Shown: piece after piece, positions 11,526-26,350 of the stretch
Layout: the number at the start of each line of letters is the position of its first letter
Position numbering within the stretch: position 1 is the first letter of the stretch
NCBI GenBank assembly: GCA_964016885.1
Contig: OZ024742.1
Location: forward strand, 45,508,001 to 45,572,000
DNA: 64,000 bases
Direction: 5' to 3'
Source of the DNA: Eledone cirrhosa
Taxonomy: Eukaryota
Notes under the pieces: generated by a model
What the model was told of the DNA's origin: nothing
Seen by the model: only the letters and a program-made list of their open reading frames with translations
Databases searched by the model: none
Position numbers and translations under genes: made by a program

Positions 11526-12709
11526 TAATTTTTTTTTTTTTTAATATTTAATCAGAGCTACTGACCTCTCAGACAGACCAAAGACTTCATATTGTTTACA
11601 TACATTCCCACATATTACAAAGTGTACTGATTGAATTTTATCATGATACCTAGGAGGATGTCCATGTCCTTAATGCAACATAAGATTTGTCTCGACCCTT
11701 TGTTTAGCAAGTCTTCTACAGCTGGATGCCCTTCCTAACACCAACTACTTTACAGGGTGTACTGTGTGCATTTTCTCATGGCACCAACACTAGAGAGGTT
11801 GTTGGCCAGTGACTTGACTGAAGAGAAGGCAGGAAATAATAAGTGGATAAGATGGGAGGTAAGAAGGGTAATAAATATGATGCCATGGATAAGTGACAAT
11901 GCTTTGAACCTTTGAGCTGAGCCAACTTTTTAACTTGGTTCTCATTTCCAGTTATAACCACCAACATGTCTCCTGTAAAGCCAAATCAACTGGAGACCTA
12001 TTTTTATGTCTTCTGTACTCTCATATCTTCCATAAGACCAGATCAATTGGTGATCCTTCTGTATGACTAGATCAACTGGAGACCTATTTTATCTTTTGTA
12101 AGGCCAGATCAACTGGAGGTCCACTTGCTGTCTTTTGTATAACCAGATTTACTGGATACTTATTTTCATATGTCACTGAAATTTGATAAAAACATTGTTG
12201 TTGCCATTGACATCAGCAAAGCCATTAACTGAGTCTGACAAGTGAATCGCCTTAAAATTGCCTGCTTATGGTCTCTGTGTCTGTCATCTCTTGGATCAGT
12301 AGCTTCCTATCAGATTGCACTATAGCTCTCTCTATCAACTCTGGTGTACTGCAGGATCCTACATCAATGATGTATTAGCCTCTCTACCAAATGTCATCTG
12401 CATAGAATCTTGACATCTCATACCAAGCCTGCATTGATTCCATGAACAGATACTGCAAAAGCATCTTCCCATCGGTTCATGGCAATCTCTTTCAGTAGTA
12501 AAAAAAACAAAAAACACCAGCATTACTCTTCTCAAGTAAATCTCTCTGCACATTCTGTTTGTTGTGAATGATTTAAATATTTAAATTGACATTGGTTTTT
12601 TTCTCACCTTCTTCATCACCCCCTTTCCTTTTATTTTTTACAAGATTAAATTGGACCAACTAGTTTGTGTTGATTTTTATTAACATTTATATATTTTCTT
12701 GTTTTTCAG

Positions 12710-12764
12710 CACCATCAACTACAGCAAGGAACTGCCTCTTGCCCAGGGTATCAAGTTTGAATAA
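12710..12764 (+). CDS. ALDH7A1: ALDH7A1 last coding exon
   Basis: ttttcag acceptor. (C)TINYSKELPLAQGIKFE* is the typical ALDH7A1 C-terminus. AATAAA overlaps the stop, and another occurs near 13092. Confidence 0.95.
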
Positions 12765-13369
12765 AATGGTGTTTGACAGGCAACTCTCACACACAACCAG
12801 CATGACAAAATAATTTCATAAATTGTGAAATTATTTTTGTACCCGATTTATTATTCTCTAGGTTAAGATGTTTGATCTCGCATTTTAGACTAGATTACTG
12901 TCTGCTGCCTTGATAGATTGTCATGTCAGTTGATCTTCATACACACATACATGCATGTCCACACATACAGACATACACATTTTACTCCCTTTATAAGAAA
13001 TTTCAGTGAAATGTTGAGGGTATTAGTGAGATTAGGGCAACAATAGTGTATCAAATTTAATGACATATTTTTGTAAAAGACAATCTTTCAGAATAAAAGC
13101 TTTATAAAAATAATTTGTTTGCCATGAACTGCCTTTTTTATTTTTTTTTATTTTCCATTTTGTTTTCTTGCTTACATATAATCCCACATTCTACCAAGTG
13201 AATTTTATTGTGACACCAGCACTAGAGGTTGTCATACCTTTCATACAGCTAAAGAGTCCTCTTGACTCTACTTTGCAGGTTTCTTATGGATGGGTGCCTT
13301 TTCTATCACCAATCACTTTACAGAATGTACTGGGTGCATTTATCGTGTAGATTACCAACACGAGAAGTT

Positions 13370-15430
13370 GTTGTGCTGTTGAAACAACTGTAGGGTCTTC
13401 TCAACCTTTTTTTGCATGGTTTCTACAGCAGGGTGCCAACCCCCATACAAGGTGTACTGGGTGCATTTTTGTGGCAACAGCACTAGAGATCAGTCATTGT
13501 CTCACTGAAGAGCCCTTTCTGCCTTATGTGGGTGATACGGTTGAGGAGGAAGGTAAGCATGATATGGGTTTATGATAAATCTGGTGGGATCTCCAGTAGT
13601 GTAGGAGTGTGCCACTGATGTGCCAGTAATTTAGAGTGGGGGTGTAGTGATGGTGAGTCTAGCTGAGTGATAGAGAAGAGGAGGGCATTGTTGGGATGGA
13701 GGTGCACAAGGATTTAGAGAGTAGCTACTAAGGTGTGATAGTGGAGGGTGGTCACATTTATGCTGGTAGGTGGGCTTCGCCAGCATAGGTTAGCCCCAGT
13801 CCTTGTGGTCCTTTGTCATCTCTGTTGTAAGTTTCAGTTTCTTAAGGTCATTCTTCACTACCTCATCCTAAGTCTTCCATGAGTCACATCTACTAAAATT
13901 TCACTGCATTTCTTTATACATGCTATCTTCCATATGCAACACATGGCCATACCAGTGCAATCTCCTCTCTTGCACATTACATCCAATTCCTCTTATGCCA
14001 AGTTTTTCTCTCAGTTCACTTATGCTATGTTATTCATGCACACTAACAATTCACATCCATCAGGATATACTTGCTTCATTTCTTTCCAGCCTTCACAGGT
14101 CTTCTGTGGTTAAGGCTCATGTTTCACTGCCATGTAGCATTGCAGTTTGCATGCAGGCATCATACAGTCTACCCTTCACTCTATGAGAAGCCTCTGTTGT
14201 CAGCAAAGTTATCAGCTCTCTCAACTCTTTCCAGCCTGTTACTATCCCAGTTGTCACACATTCAGAGCATCCTCTTCCACTGCTGATTAGGTAACCATGG
14301 TAACAAAAATTGTCAACAACTTCCAAGTCACCTCCCTGGCAACTAAGGGAATCTATTTCACGTGTGTTCTTAGTGCTTGCTTCTCCTGTGCATCTGCCAC
14401 ATGCAAGGTCTATCTTTTCTGTTAACCTGCCTGCTATTGCACTATTCTTGTGCATCCATAGATTTGACTATGTGTACCTTTTATAGAGTTTCTGACCACT
14501 CCTTTTTGATATATTGAACAAGACCACCTTCCTAATGGTATTAACCTCCTGTCCTCTTTCCTATTTAAGACCTTTGTTTTTGCTAAGTTTACTCTTTGGC
14601 TTTTCAACTCTTTCTTCCATGCTTGAAAGTTTGCCTCTAACTCTCCTACAGATTCAGCTATGAGGACGAGGTCATCAGTATATAGGACTTCCCATGGAGT
14701 GTCAGTTTTAAGCTCCTCAGTGATGACCTGAAGGACAATGATAAACAGAAATGGACTGAGTACTGAGCCCTGGTGAAGACCTACTTGCACTTCAAATTCA
14801 TCACTGTACTCATTGCCAACTCTCACTTTCCTGGTTGCATGGTTTGCACGACCATCACAAGCCATTTTCTACACCTAGCATGCTAAGTACCTATCAGATT
14901 ACAAAGCATATGACCTTATCAAAAGCTTTCTCCATATCTACAAAAGCCATATACCTTACTCAGAGCTAAGTACTTTTGCTGCAGTTGTCTCACCAAAAGG
15001 AGAGCATCAATAGTATCCCTATCTGGCATAAATCCAAACTTCATTTTTTTCTAACTTAATTCTGTCCCTAATTAGTTGTGTTATGTCCCTTTCAGCAACT
15101 TTCATGACCTGGTCCATCAACTTATGCCTCTGTGGTTACTTCTCTCTAATGCATCTCCCTTGCCCTTGTAGCAATTTACAATGATACTGCTGTGTCTGTC
15201 ATTGGGTATGACACAATCCTATACTACTTGATTAATTATACATCTGACAGTATACCTGATGGTCCAGTTGCCTTATCTTCATGTGCTTAATTACTTTATG
15301 TACATATCACACTGCTGTCGACTTTTATGGCTGGTCCCGCAGTAGGGTCTACATGGGGTCGGCCCTCGCTGTCCCATTTATGCTCTTCATTCATCAGTCT
15401 TTTGTAGTAATCCTTCCATGCCGCTTTCTG
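13370..15430 (-). mobile_element. Degraded RTE LINE (RT region and 3' end)
   Basis: ORF fragments VGLHQGSVLSPFLF, YTDDL, GRLYDACMQTAMLHGSET, interrupted by frameshifts. Confidence 0.88.
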
Positions 15431-16369
15431 TGTCCTATTCCAAAAACTAGAACTTAACTTGGTTGCTATTTCTAGCGTATCAAACTACCACCGAGAAACT
15501 CTTCCTTGTTGGCTTGAATAGTCAATAATTTTATCAGTTTCAGCATAGGTTTTATTCAATATAAAAGGCAAAGAGATATGAATATATGATATATTGATTA
15601 AAGAGGTACATAACATAGAATATCTTTTATCAGTTACATCATCAAATTTCATCTAACATATGTTGCTGCTCTATTCTATTTGTTCTCAATCATACAATAA
15701 CCAATAGGTGTTCATAAGTGTAGATTCATAAGTGTAGATGTGTCTGTATGAGTGGGCAGTCTTTATACATACATTTCTAAAAACATCTCTAAGTAACGTT
15801 TTTAACTAGTGATTAGATGATTCATTATAAATCCCGCCGAGGTTAACTTTGCCTTTCATCCTTACGGGGTCGATAAAATAAAGTACCAGTAATACACTGG
15901 GTAATTGCTGGCCTTGCGCCTAACGTAGAAACAATTATTTATGGAATACACCTATACATAAGACGTTTGATTTAGCAAAGTTGTTAGAGCATTAGATATT
16001 TGTTTTAGGTCTATATGTTCTGAGTTCGGATTCCACCGACGTCCAGTTTGCCATTCATCTTTTCAGGGTTGATAAAGTACTAGCCTAGTGTTGGTGCAAC
16101 TTTCTCTCTCCTTCCAGCAGTCACATTCTGGATGTTCCACATGATCAAAATATGATGGTTTGAGAGGATGCCAGTGTCTAGTCACAACAGCATAGGTACC
16201 TAAAACCCTTAGCAGAAGGGTGGTACATATTACCAAGTCATACTTGATTGTGAGTGATGGCTGTAGTTTACATTACATATAAACATACATATTTCACTCA
16301 GCTGTAGAAATGAGTTGCGATGTCACTGGTGCCAAGTTGTATCAGCCAAAGCCTCTCCTTTATACTACA

Positions 16370-17409
16370 CTAGCAGTAAAGCCCGGCGTTGCTCGGGGTC
16401 GCTCAGTAGCTGTGTTAAAGTTACAATGTTAAGTTTCTTTTTTGGCTTAAAAACTGTAGTGTCTACTGTGCAGACTTGCATGTGGTGTTTTTGATTAATA
16501 TTCCCTCAACCAACAATATGCCTTATGAAGTTAAGAAAACATAACGATAACCCGAATGTTATAACAAAAGAGGATGCTGGGGATAGAAACTGCACTGGTT
16601 ATTTATTAACAAAGATCGAAAATGTAAACACTGCAACGCAGAGAAAAACATTAGCGTAACCAAATTATCAGTTATGTCTGTCTGCACGCCTATATCACCT
16701 CTCTGCACGACTGTCTGTCTGCACGCCTATATCACCTCTCTGCACGACTGTCTGTCTGCACGCTTATATCACCTCTCTGCACGACTGTCTGTCTGCACGA
16801 CTCTCTGTCTGCACGCCTAACGACGAAATATTTGCTTGTTTTACGTAGTCTTTAAATAGACTTGTTTTCAAGTAAAAATATTGTTTTAAAATGCTTTTAA
16901 ATGGAAATGAAGCAAAACGGGGTCGCTCAGTAGCTGTGTTAAAGTTACAATGTTAAGTTTCTTTTTTGGCTTAAAAACTGTAGTGTCTACTGTGCAGACT
17001 TGCATGTGGTGTTTTTGATTAATATTCCCTCAACCAACAATATGCCTTATGAAGTTAAGAAAACATAACGATAACCCGAATGTTATAACAAAAGAGGATG
17101 CTGGGGATAAAAACTGCACTGGTTATTTATTAACAAAGACTGAGAAAGCCAGCGTAATTTTTTACGTAAGACGCTCAATGTAAACAGAACAAAGGGAAAT
17201 AACTGATAACTTACGCTCAAAAATCAATACATTATATTCGATTTCGTCACATAGGGTGGGTCAATTTGAAATTTTTTTTTTCCGATGTCTTCGCTAGGGC
17301 TCAATGTACAAGTATAGCAATTTCGGTGCAATTCCGTGAGAGATTCTAAGAGGAGATGTGTGCCAAAAATCGATAGACAGACAGACAACCACAGTTTTAT
17401 ATATATAGA
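16370..17409 (-). mobile_element. Non-autonomous Helitron inserted into a SINE
   Basis: Minus strand starts A|TCTATATATATAAAA followed by (CTGT)n, and ends with hairpin CCCGAGCAACGCCGGG ... CTAG|T. No TSD. Confidence 0.8.
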
Positions 17410-17561
17410 TTGGAGAAGGGGACCAGTATGTATGGGTGACTGCTGGTCTTTCACAAACAACCTTGCCCAGACTTGTGCCTTAGAAGAGAACTTTCTAGGT
17501 GCAAATCTTAGTGTTATTTATAACCAAAGGGGGTCGTCACCTTTACCTTATATATATATAT

Positions 17562-20340
17562 ATCATCATCATCATCACCGTTTTACGTCCGTTCTTCCAC
17601 GCTAGCATGGGTTAGACGGGTTGTCCTGTTGTGGGCAGTATCCAGTCGGCTGACCTTGTCTTGCTCATACAGGAACTGATTCTGGCTTGATTTCTACAGC
17701 TGGGTGCCCTTCCTAACACCAACCTCATTTACAGTGAGTGCTGGGTGCTTTTTTTCCGTGGCGCCTACACGTTCACTTTACAGTGTGGGCTGGGTGCTTT
17801 TTTGCCGTGGCACCTCCACGACCACTTTGCAGTGGGAGGGAGTGGGGGCATATTGTCTATATGCTTCAGCTTCTACCTGTGGGAAGTCAGATCTTCTGTA
17901 TTACTCTATGACGCCAGAGGTCATGGTTGTCTGTCATCGCCCTTGAGAGGTGCAATTGGGTATGGTCGGCTTTTATCACCTCATCCCAGGTCTTCTTGGG
18001 TCTCCCCACTCCGCGGCTTCCATCGACTTCTAGTGCTCTGCACCTTTTTATGTGGCTATCATCCTTCATACCATTGGTGGTGCTTGTTTTCTGTGGTCGT
18101 TTGCTGCTTGCTGTCTCAGTGCAGCTGCTACATATGAAGCCTACATTCTTAGTTAAGCTTCCTGAGATCCCATAACATCTCTTGTGTACCCATTGTTTTC
18201 ATTTGGGGCACAGGATGGAGTTCCTACCTACACCTTTCCTACATACTGAACAAGGCCATTTCCCTGAAGGGATCTGCGTTCTGTTTTCTCGTCTACTTAC
18301 AAGGACCTTAGTCTTTGTCAGGTTGACTTTGAGACCCTTTCTTTCTAGTCCCTGCTTCCATGTTTGGAATTTCTTCTCTAGTTCTACCATAGATTCAGCT
18401 ATAAGTGCGAGATCATCCACATATAGGAGTTCCCATGGGCATCCGGTCTTAAACTCATCCGTTATTGCCTGCAAAACTATAATGTAACTGCCTCACAAGG
18501 AAGAGGGCATCAGTGGTGCCTTTTCTTGGTACAAACCCAAATTGCATCTCATCTAATTTCACCCGGTCCCTAATCAACTGTGCTATAACTCTTTCCGTTA
18601 CTTTCATGACCTGGTCCATCAGCTTTATACCTCTATAATTTCTTCTATCTAGTGCATCACCTTTACCCTTGAAGCAGTTGACAATGATGTTGTTGCACCA
18701 ATCCTTTGGTATGACACCCCCACCTTTATCATTCCGGATACACTACTCTCCAATGACATTATAATTCTCTCTGACACACTGCCTTGCAATCTTCAACACC
18801 TGTTTTTGGTCCTCACATTGCAAAACATGCTTGAATTTTCTATCCTCCACTTCCTTTCTAGCTAAGTATACTTGTCACCTGGCTTCCCTCCTGGTCTTTA
18901 TGTAATGTACCATGCTTCCCCTACTCTTCCAATCTTTCCATGCCTGTCTCTTAGCCTTAACTGCCTCATCTATCTTATTGTTCCACCACCAAGTCACTCT
19001 CCTCCTCCCTGTGGTCTTGCTCCAACCACAGATCTCATCCGTAACCTTTAGTAAGTTATTTTTTAGGAACTCCCAGTGCTCTTCTTCATTGAATGTCTCT
19101 ATCTGTTCTTCTTTACTGTCATAGGTGTCGAGTAAAATATCTTTAAGTCTGTTACTGGCTGAGGGGTCTTTCAGCTTCCAGATCTTTCTTCTCCAGGTTG
19201 ACTTCTGTTTCCAAGTTTGTCAAGTTTTGACAGTGAGGTCGCTGACAACTAAGTTATGTTGGGAGGTACATTCCTCACCAGGGAAGGCTTTTGTGTTTAC
19301 TATGGTCCATCTATCACTCCCTCTGATGAGGATAAAATATATCTGACTAGAATGCTCCCCTGATCTATAGGTGATCAGATGGTTGTCGGGTTTTTTGAAG
19401 CTTGTGTTACATATCGATATATCATTGGCGTCACAGAATTCCAGAAGCCTGAAGCCTTCTTCATTTCTTGTGCCAAACCTGTGGCCTCCATGGACTCTAT
19501 AGAAGCCGTCACAGTGTTTACCAATGTGTCCGTTAAAATCTCCTGCAATGATTAGGAAGTCATTGTCATTTGTTAGGGCAGTTGTATGCATTAGTGACTC
19601 GTAAAACCTATCCTTAAGTTCGTCTGGCAACCCTGATTGGGGTGCGTAAGCTGATATTATTGAGGCAATTGTTTTATTCAGGACTAGTCTGAGTTTAATG
19701 ATTCTTGCGTTCACCCTGTTCACTGAGATTACCTTATCAACCCATTTGTCAGCTAATGTATACCTACACCACCCATCCTGTTGTTATTTCCCACCCAGAA
19801 AAATTTGTAGCACTGACTTTTGCCTACAAGGACCCTAGCGGACTCTCCTCTCCAACTAGCCTCTTGCACACAGCATACATCAATTTCCTTTCGCTCTAGC
19901 ATATCTACAATTTCTCCTGCTCTTTGTTTCAAAGAATTATTTAGTGCAGGGCTAGAAGGACAGTAGTAGTAATGGCAGAGTTGGTTGGGGCTGGTAAGGG
20001 CTAGGAGTGCAGTAGTAGTAATGGCAGTGTTTGTTGGGGCTGATATTGGGTTGAGGTTTGATTGGTGAGTGGGGGTGGGAGGGAGGGAAATTGTGAGATA
20101 GGTCGCCATCACGGCGTATATCATCATAGGAGATTTGAGGGAAATAAGCCGGTGCAAGTAGGCATATTGGACAAGGCAAATATGTGTAATCTAGCTTCAT
20201 AAACATCGAAATGAATGTATGAGAGAAGATGGAGGTGATGAAAGGGGTTAGGGATGACTTTCGCAGAGACAGAAGCATAATGACCAATGTGGTGTATGTC
20301 GAAAAACAATGTTGAAGTATATAAGTTGCAGCACAGTAAA
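17562..20340 (-). mobile_element. RTE LINE with internal deletions, spanning the 5' region to the 3' tail
   Basis: EN fragments (IDVCCVQEASW, SAYAPQ, AGDFNGH), RT fragment (YVDDL), PHD-like region, GRPKKTW, and a (GAT)n tail. Confidence 0.9.
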
Positions 20341-20359
20341 TGATAACAACAACAAAAAT

Positions 20360-20548
20360 AATTGTTTCTACTTTTGGCACAAGGCCAGCAATTATCCCAG
20401 TGTATTACTGGTACTTTATTTTATCGACCCCGTAAGGATGAAAGGCAAAGTTAACCTCAGCGGGATTTGAACTCAGTCCTTAAAGGGACGTAACTGTGCT
20501 GGAAAGCATGGTGTCCAACCCTCTACCGATACTGCCAATCCACCGCCC
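20360..20548 (-). mobile_element. tRNA-derived SINE (same family)
   Basis: Reverse complement of the 8470 unit. Confidence 0.85.
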
Positions 20549-20686
20549 TTAACAACAATAATAATAATGATGTGAACAGGACATTTTGAAATTGAGGAAG
20601 GCAGATACCTGCAGGAGGAGAAATAATCTATGGATGACTGGGATAGGTTGAAAGTATTGAGGAATCCATGTATATATATATATATA

Positions 20687-21542
20687 CAAGGTGTGTCAGA
20701 AAAGTTCCAGGACTGATGTCACAAAAGATTTATTTCAAACCCAAACTTCACACTAAGAGTTTTCTCCTTCAAAGTAATCCCCCTGGAGTCTAATGCACTT
20801 TTCCATCCTTTTCTGCCACGCTTGCATGCACTCTTGGAAGGATTCTTCCGGGATCCTCCGTAGTTCCGTCGTCACAGCCTTTTTGTCATCCTCGTCTTCA
20901 AAATGGGTCCCCCTCCGGGTTGTACTCGAAGATCCATGACTCATCACCGGTGATGACTGTCCCTAACAAGTCTGGTTCGGTTTCAAGATGCTCAAGGATG
21001 TCCTGGCACACTTGCATGCGTCGACCCTTCTGGTCATCGTTCAGCAGTTTTGGCACCATCTTCAGTGAGAATCTTCCAGATGCTGTCCCGATTCATGCCC
21101 AGCTCATTTGCCATAAGTCGAACAGTCAGCCGACGATCGCTGCGCACCATCTGCCTGACGCGCTCAATGTTGACCTCAGTCCTGGTTGTTGTCCTGGGGT
21201 CATCTTCCACATCCTCGCGTCCTTCTTTAAACCTCTTGCACCACTCAAAAACACATGAGCGTGACATTGTCTCATCTCCATACACTTGCTGCAGCAGAGT
21301 TTTCTCCAACCATACCAGAAACTTCAAGTTTGTTCGTTGCTCTGTGCTCATTGCTTGACGACCTGAAACAGAGGACATGTATATAAAATTATGAAGAAAA
21401 AAGTTTGATCGCTGCAGAGAGCTAAGATTACAGTTACATACTCCAGGGGGATTACTTTGAAGGAGAAAACTCTTTGTGTGAAGTTTGGGTTTGAAATAAA
21501 TCTTTTGTGACATCAGTCCTGGAACTTTTCTGACACACCTCG
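20687..21542 (-). mobile_element. Internally deleted mariner (Tc1/mariner) DNA transposon
   Basis: 103-bp inverted termini (20687-20789 / 21440-21542) and TA flanks. Transposase remnants EQRTNLKF, VYGDETMSR..VFEW.KRFKEGREDVEDD, TGDESW, W..RMEKCI...GDYFEG. Confidence 0.92.
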
Positions 21543-21583
21543 TATGTAAAATTTGAAACTATATATATATATATATATATATA

Positions 21584-23200
21584 CTAGCTAAACTACCCGT
21601 CCTTTGGACGGTTCAAGTAGCTTTCGATGTAGCTCATTGAACTAAACAAAGTAAATTTGAATACATAGAAGAAACACGATATAACACAATCGAATGTAAA
21701 ATTAAAGATTAATTGTAAAATGTATTTGAAGTACATGTAGCGGTATAACGTTGGAAATGTACAGGGTATGTAAGTTAATAATTAAATTATGTGTCAGAAA
21801 CATAGTCTAATCAATGCGAAAAAATAGAATAATTGTAAGTCTTTGATGTATAAACCATCCTTTAGATAAATTTAAGCATAATATTATAAAAGTTATGAGA
21901 TCAGTTAATATGAACATCAACATTGAAACGATAAATTATACAATGTCAAATTTATAACTTATCTTAGTAATCTATTAGAAATTTCTGGTTGTGAAATATA
22001 CAAAATGATATTGTTATTTCTCTTTGTTTCAAGTAGAAAGAGTAAATTAAAATCCGAATGAGCCGAATTAAGAAAGATAACTCTTGATTACGAAAGATAA
22101 CTCTTGTCTTACTTAATCACGAAAATTCACACAAATAACCGAAACTTTTTTAATGTCTCCAAAGGCCCCAATATCGATTTTTGAAAGCCTTTGTAGATCA
22201 TGTACAGGTTTTGTGCAAGAAGCTCTGTACATTTTTTTAAAGAAATCGCATGAATGGTTTAGAATATATGAGCCCTCATTAAAAAATGTCGACACACATA
22301 TACACATACATACAGAAATTTTCAAATTTATATATATACAGATATATATATTGATAAATATGCTGGGTCCGTCAACCCTTATTATTACTATCTCCCAACG
22401 AACTATTGAGAGTAAGTTAAACAATTTTTCACTTTTATTGTGTTTTTGTTTTGATATGCACTCTTTTTCCTGCTATTAATTTTGTCTCTCACTCTTTTAA
22501 GTTGTGAAATAGATAATTATCTACGCATGTGGCTGACACATTTCAGCTCGCTATTATATTGCTATATAATGGATGATCGCATTTAAAGTCCATTAAAGGT
22601 TCTACCATTTATACCATCGCTTTCCTCTAGCCATGGGGCTTGGAGACGTGAACTGAATGCTACCATTCTATTTTATATCAATGTGAACTGCTATTTCTAA
22701 TGGCCATCTTTTCACCCCTTGATAATCTGTGTGTGAGACACGTTGGCTGAGAGCTTCTGACAGGAACGAAAAAATTGATTCTTTTTAGCTTCCTGTCCCC
22801 ACGTAAAATTTGAAAATCAGTGGCTAGTTGAGAGATAGAGTCCTATCGGGTGCCAGTTGCTAATAGCTTTACCATGTCAGTCGTCACAAACAGTCATGGC
22901 CGGCATAGACTGGTCTTAGGATTCTGTAGATCGATTGGTTATTGATTAGGCGATACCTGCTGATGAAGCCGCATAATATATGCAGACAGATGGTGCAGTG
23001 CACCTTACTGCTGCATTAGTGTTGCAGAAACTCGAGTCCGGGAACCTTACAGGCACCCGATTTACGTGTGTTGTGTTGAAGCAAATAACTTTGTGTATAC
23101 TCTGGTAATGTATCTTACATTGCCCATGGAGTGCGCTGAGATACAACCGGTACTGGCATTGATAAATATGCTGGGTCCGTCAACCCTTATTATATATATA
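21584..23200 (-). mobile_element. Probable non-autonomous Helitron
   Basis: Minus-strand 3' end with hairpin CCGTCCAAAGGACGG then CTAG|T into (TA)n. A 36-bp direct repeat occurs at 22350-22385 and 23158-23193. Confidence 0.55.
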
Positions 23201-24224
23201 TAGTTTCATGTTTTGACAGTATCAAGCTGACATTTTCATTGAAATATATGCTTTGCAAAAGGTATTATATATGTTATATATATATATGGACATAAAAACG
23301 ATGATGATATATATATATATATATTTCAAAGAAAATGTCAACATGATACTGGCAAAACTTGAAACTGTAGAAAAGTTAAATTTGAAGCACAAAACAGTTT
23401 TAATCATGTTTTACTGTTTATCTAACAACTCACCTTCCTTAGTGGTAAAGAAGTAAGTTATAGAGACTAAGTGAAATTTAGTTATTTTTTTATGGCTGTG
23501 TTGAACCACCATCCATTGTCTGTTTTCATATCAAACCAGCTGTAGCCACCCCTGGTTCTACGATACTAAGCTATTTTAATATATTTATCATCATCATAAC
23601 TGTTTATGTCAATTTTTCCGTGCTAGCATGGGTTAGACGAGTTGTCCTGTTGTGAGTAATACTAGGTCAGGTGACCATGTCTTGCATGTACAGAACTGAT
23701 TTAGGCTTGGTTTCTACAGCTAGATGCCCTTCCTAACACCAACCTCATTTACAGTTAGTACTGGGTGCTTTTGGTCATGTCACCAACACAACCACTTTGT
23801 GTGGACTGGGTGCTTTTTGTTGTATCACCAACACGACCACTTTACAGTGTGGGCTGGGGGCTTCACTGGATGTATACTTCGTACTGCCCTATATATATAT
23901 GTAAACTCTTCTATCATAATTTTATGTAAGAACCTTTGTAAAATTGTGTTACAGACACTAGATAATGAAAAGGTTAGTTATATTACTAAATCCAGGGTTG
24001 TTTTAACAGCATTATAGGTCCCTAGGTAAAGCAATGCATTGTGATCCTACATACATAATTACAGCATATATAAATTAGCCTTGGGCTCCTAAATATAGTG
24101 GGCTCCTGGACGTCCATGCCTTTAACTAAATTCCTCCAAATACTAAAATCTTCCATCATAATTTTATATAAGAGCCCTGAGAAAATTAATTATATCACTA
24201 AATCTTGCTAAATTCTTGATTCTT

Positions 24225-25303
24225 TTTCTTCTTCACCTACTTGTTCCTAGGAGTGTGTGGGGGGCAGAGACCTCAAACACTCCTTCCAACAGGTCCTGTC
24301 AGAAGCAACCATCTCTAACTGGTCAGGCTTGATCACCAAGCGAAACCAGCCAAGCCCATGGATCTTATCCAACCATCTTACTCGGGGTTTACCCCTGGGT
24401 CTCCTGCTGGTTGATTTTGCCTGTAAATCTGTCCAGCAATTCTTTCTTGAGACATTCTACCCACATGCCCATAGTATCGGAGCTGTGATCGCTCAATTCG
24501 GAGAAGTAGCAGCTTTACCTGGAGTGACTCTCTGATCTCTGAGCTATGCACTCTATTGAGTAATGTTACTCCAAAGACTCTTTGGAGGGACCCCATTTTG
24601 GTTGCTTGTATTCACGATCATATTCTTTTGGTCATTACTAAAGATTCATGACCATAGATAAGGGTTGTCATAAATACCAAATTTGGCTTTTACACCTACT
24701 TCCCATCTTCTGATTACTGAATTCTGAAGCTGGCACATTACTGAACCAGCTCCTGTAATTCTTGCACTTAATTCAGCCTACTACCTTCCATCACTCATGA
24801 ACATGGCCCCAGGATACTTGAACTTCTCCACCTGCTTCAGTGGAACTCCATTCCATGTAGAGGGCACTGCACAGGCTTCCTTGAGAAGTCGAGTGTCTCA
24901 GTTTTTTCAGCACTGATTTTCATTCCAGCCATGCAGCACTCGGCATCAAACCTATCAAGTGCAAGTTGGAGATCACCCTCTGTTGAGTTAAGTAACACCA
25001 TGTCATCTGCAAATTACAACCAACTGATTTTACATCTGCCAGTCATGATACCACTTCTAACTCAGCTGCACATGTCAATCCTGTTTATGTAAATAGTGAA
25101 CAGGAGAGGTAACAGTACGCAGCCTTGGCGGAGTCCGACTCTTTCATTGAATGGTTTTAATTTAGCACCATTTATCTGAACACAAATACTAGGGCGTTCA
25201 TATAGAGAAATCAGGGCAGCAAGGAGCTCACCACCAATCCCATATTCCTGTAGAACCTTCTGCAGGTCCTGAGGAATGCAATCATATGCGTTTTTGAGGT
25301 CTA
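24225..25303 (-). mobile_element. Degraded RTE-clade LINE 3' half (third family)
   Basis: Minus strand GLRQGCVL, FADD, FKYPG, IERSQLRYYGHV. Confidence 0.78.
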
Positions 25304-26350
25304 TTGTTTTCTAACTTATTTTGAAATCATAGGCAGTGTGTTTCCTTAGAAATATAGCAATGAAAAGGTTAATGATAAACTCATGGTGTCAAAAATATGT
25401 GAGTTACACACTATTCCAGAGTAATAGTATCTTGTCTCCACAGATGGTAAATAAAAAAATATTAGCAGCTACAACAGCTATTGACTTAACCCAATGTCTT
25501 TTATCTACAATGATATAATAGCTAACTTATTGACATTTGGAATACCCCACATGGTTACTCTACCTGCTAAAAATATAATCAAATATCCCTTAATATATCC
25601 AATATTAATATCCAATATTAATTGAACAGAAGATATTTAAAAACAGGTTTGTTAATTCAAATGTTCATAGTATCTTTACTAGATGTTCCCAGTATTCAAT
25701 CTGTTTACATTAATTTAACTGTTGTGTAGTAGTAGTAATAGTAGTAGTAGTAATAGTAGTAGTAGTAGTAGTAATATAGTTTTATGGATGACTCAGAGTA
25801 GGGTTGATGAAAGGGAGGAGGGTGGTGTGAATCATATGAACTGTGGTTGGAGGATATACATTGCTTCCTCTTTCATAGAAGGAACCATTATCATTATTAA
25901 CATTTTCGCTGGCAGAACTGACTCTGCTTGTTATATAACAATATTCCTAACTAATTTCTCCTACTTCTACCATGTGGTATTGTGAATTACCTAGCAGAAA
26001 TGGTGGGTACCAATGACCGAGCCTCTGTATGGTTATACATGCTACTAGAAATAGCTATAAAACATCTTCAAATCGCAGTCTACAATCTTAAAAAAAGGAT
26101 CACCTTTGATCATAAGTCTGCCAAATCCTGTTTAACCTAGGGTTAAACATCAACCAGGAATAGAATAAAGAAGACCAATAAATTGTAGCTGAACTACAAC
26201 ACATAATTCTGAGAAAGAGAAGTAATGTGAGTCATCCACAAAACTATACTACCACCACCACCACCACCACCACCACCACCACCACCACTACTACTACTAC
26301 CACCACCACCACCACCACCACCACTACTACTATTACTACTACTACTCTCT

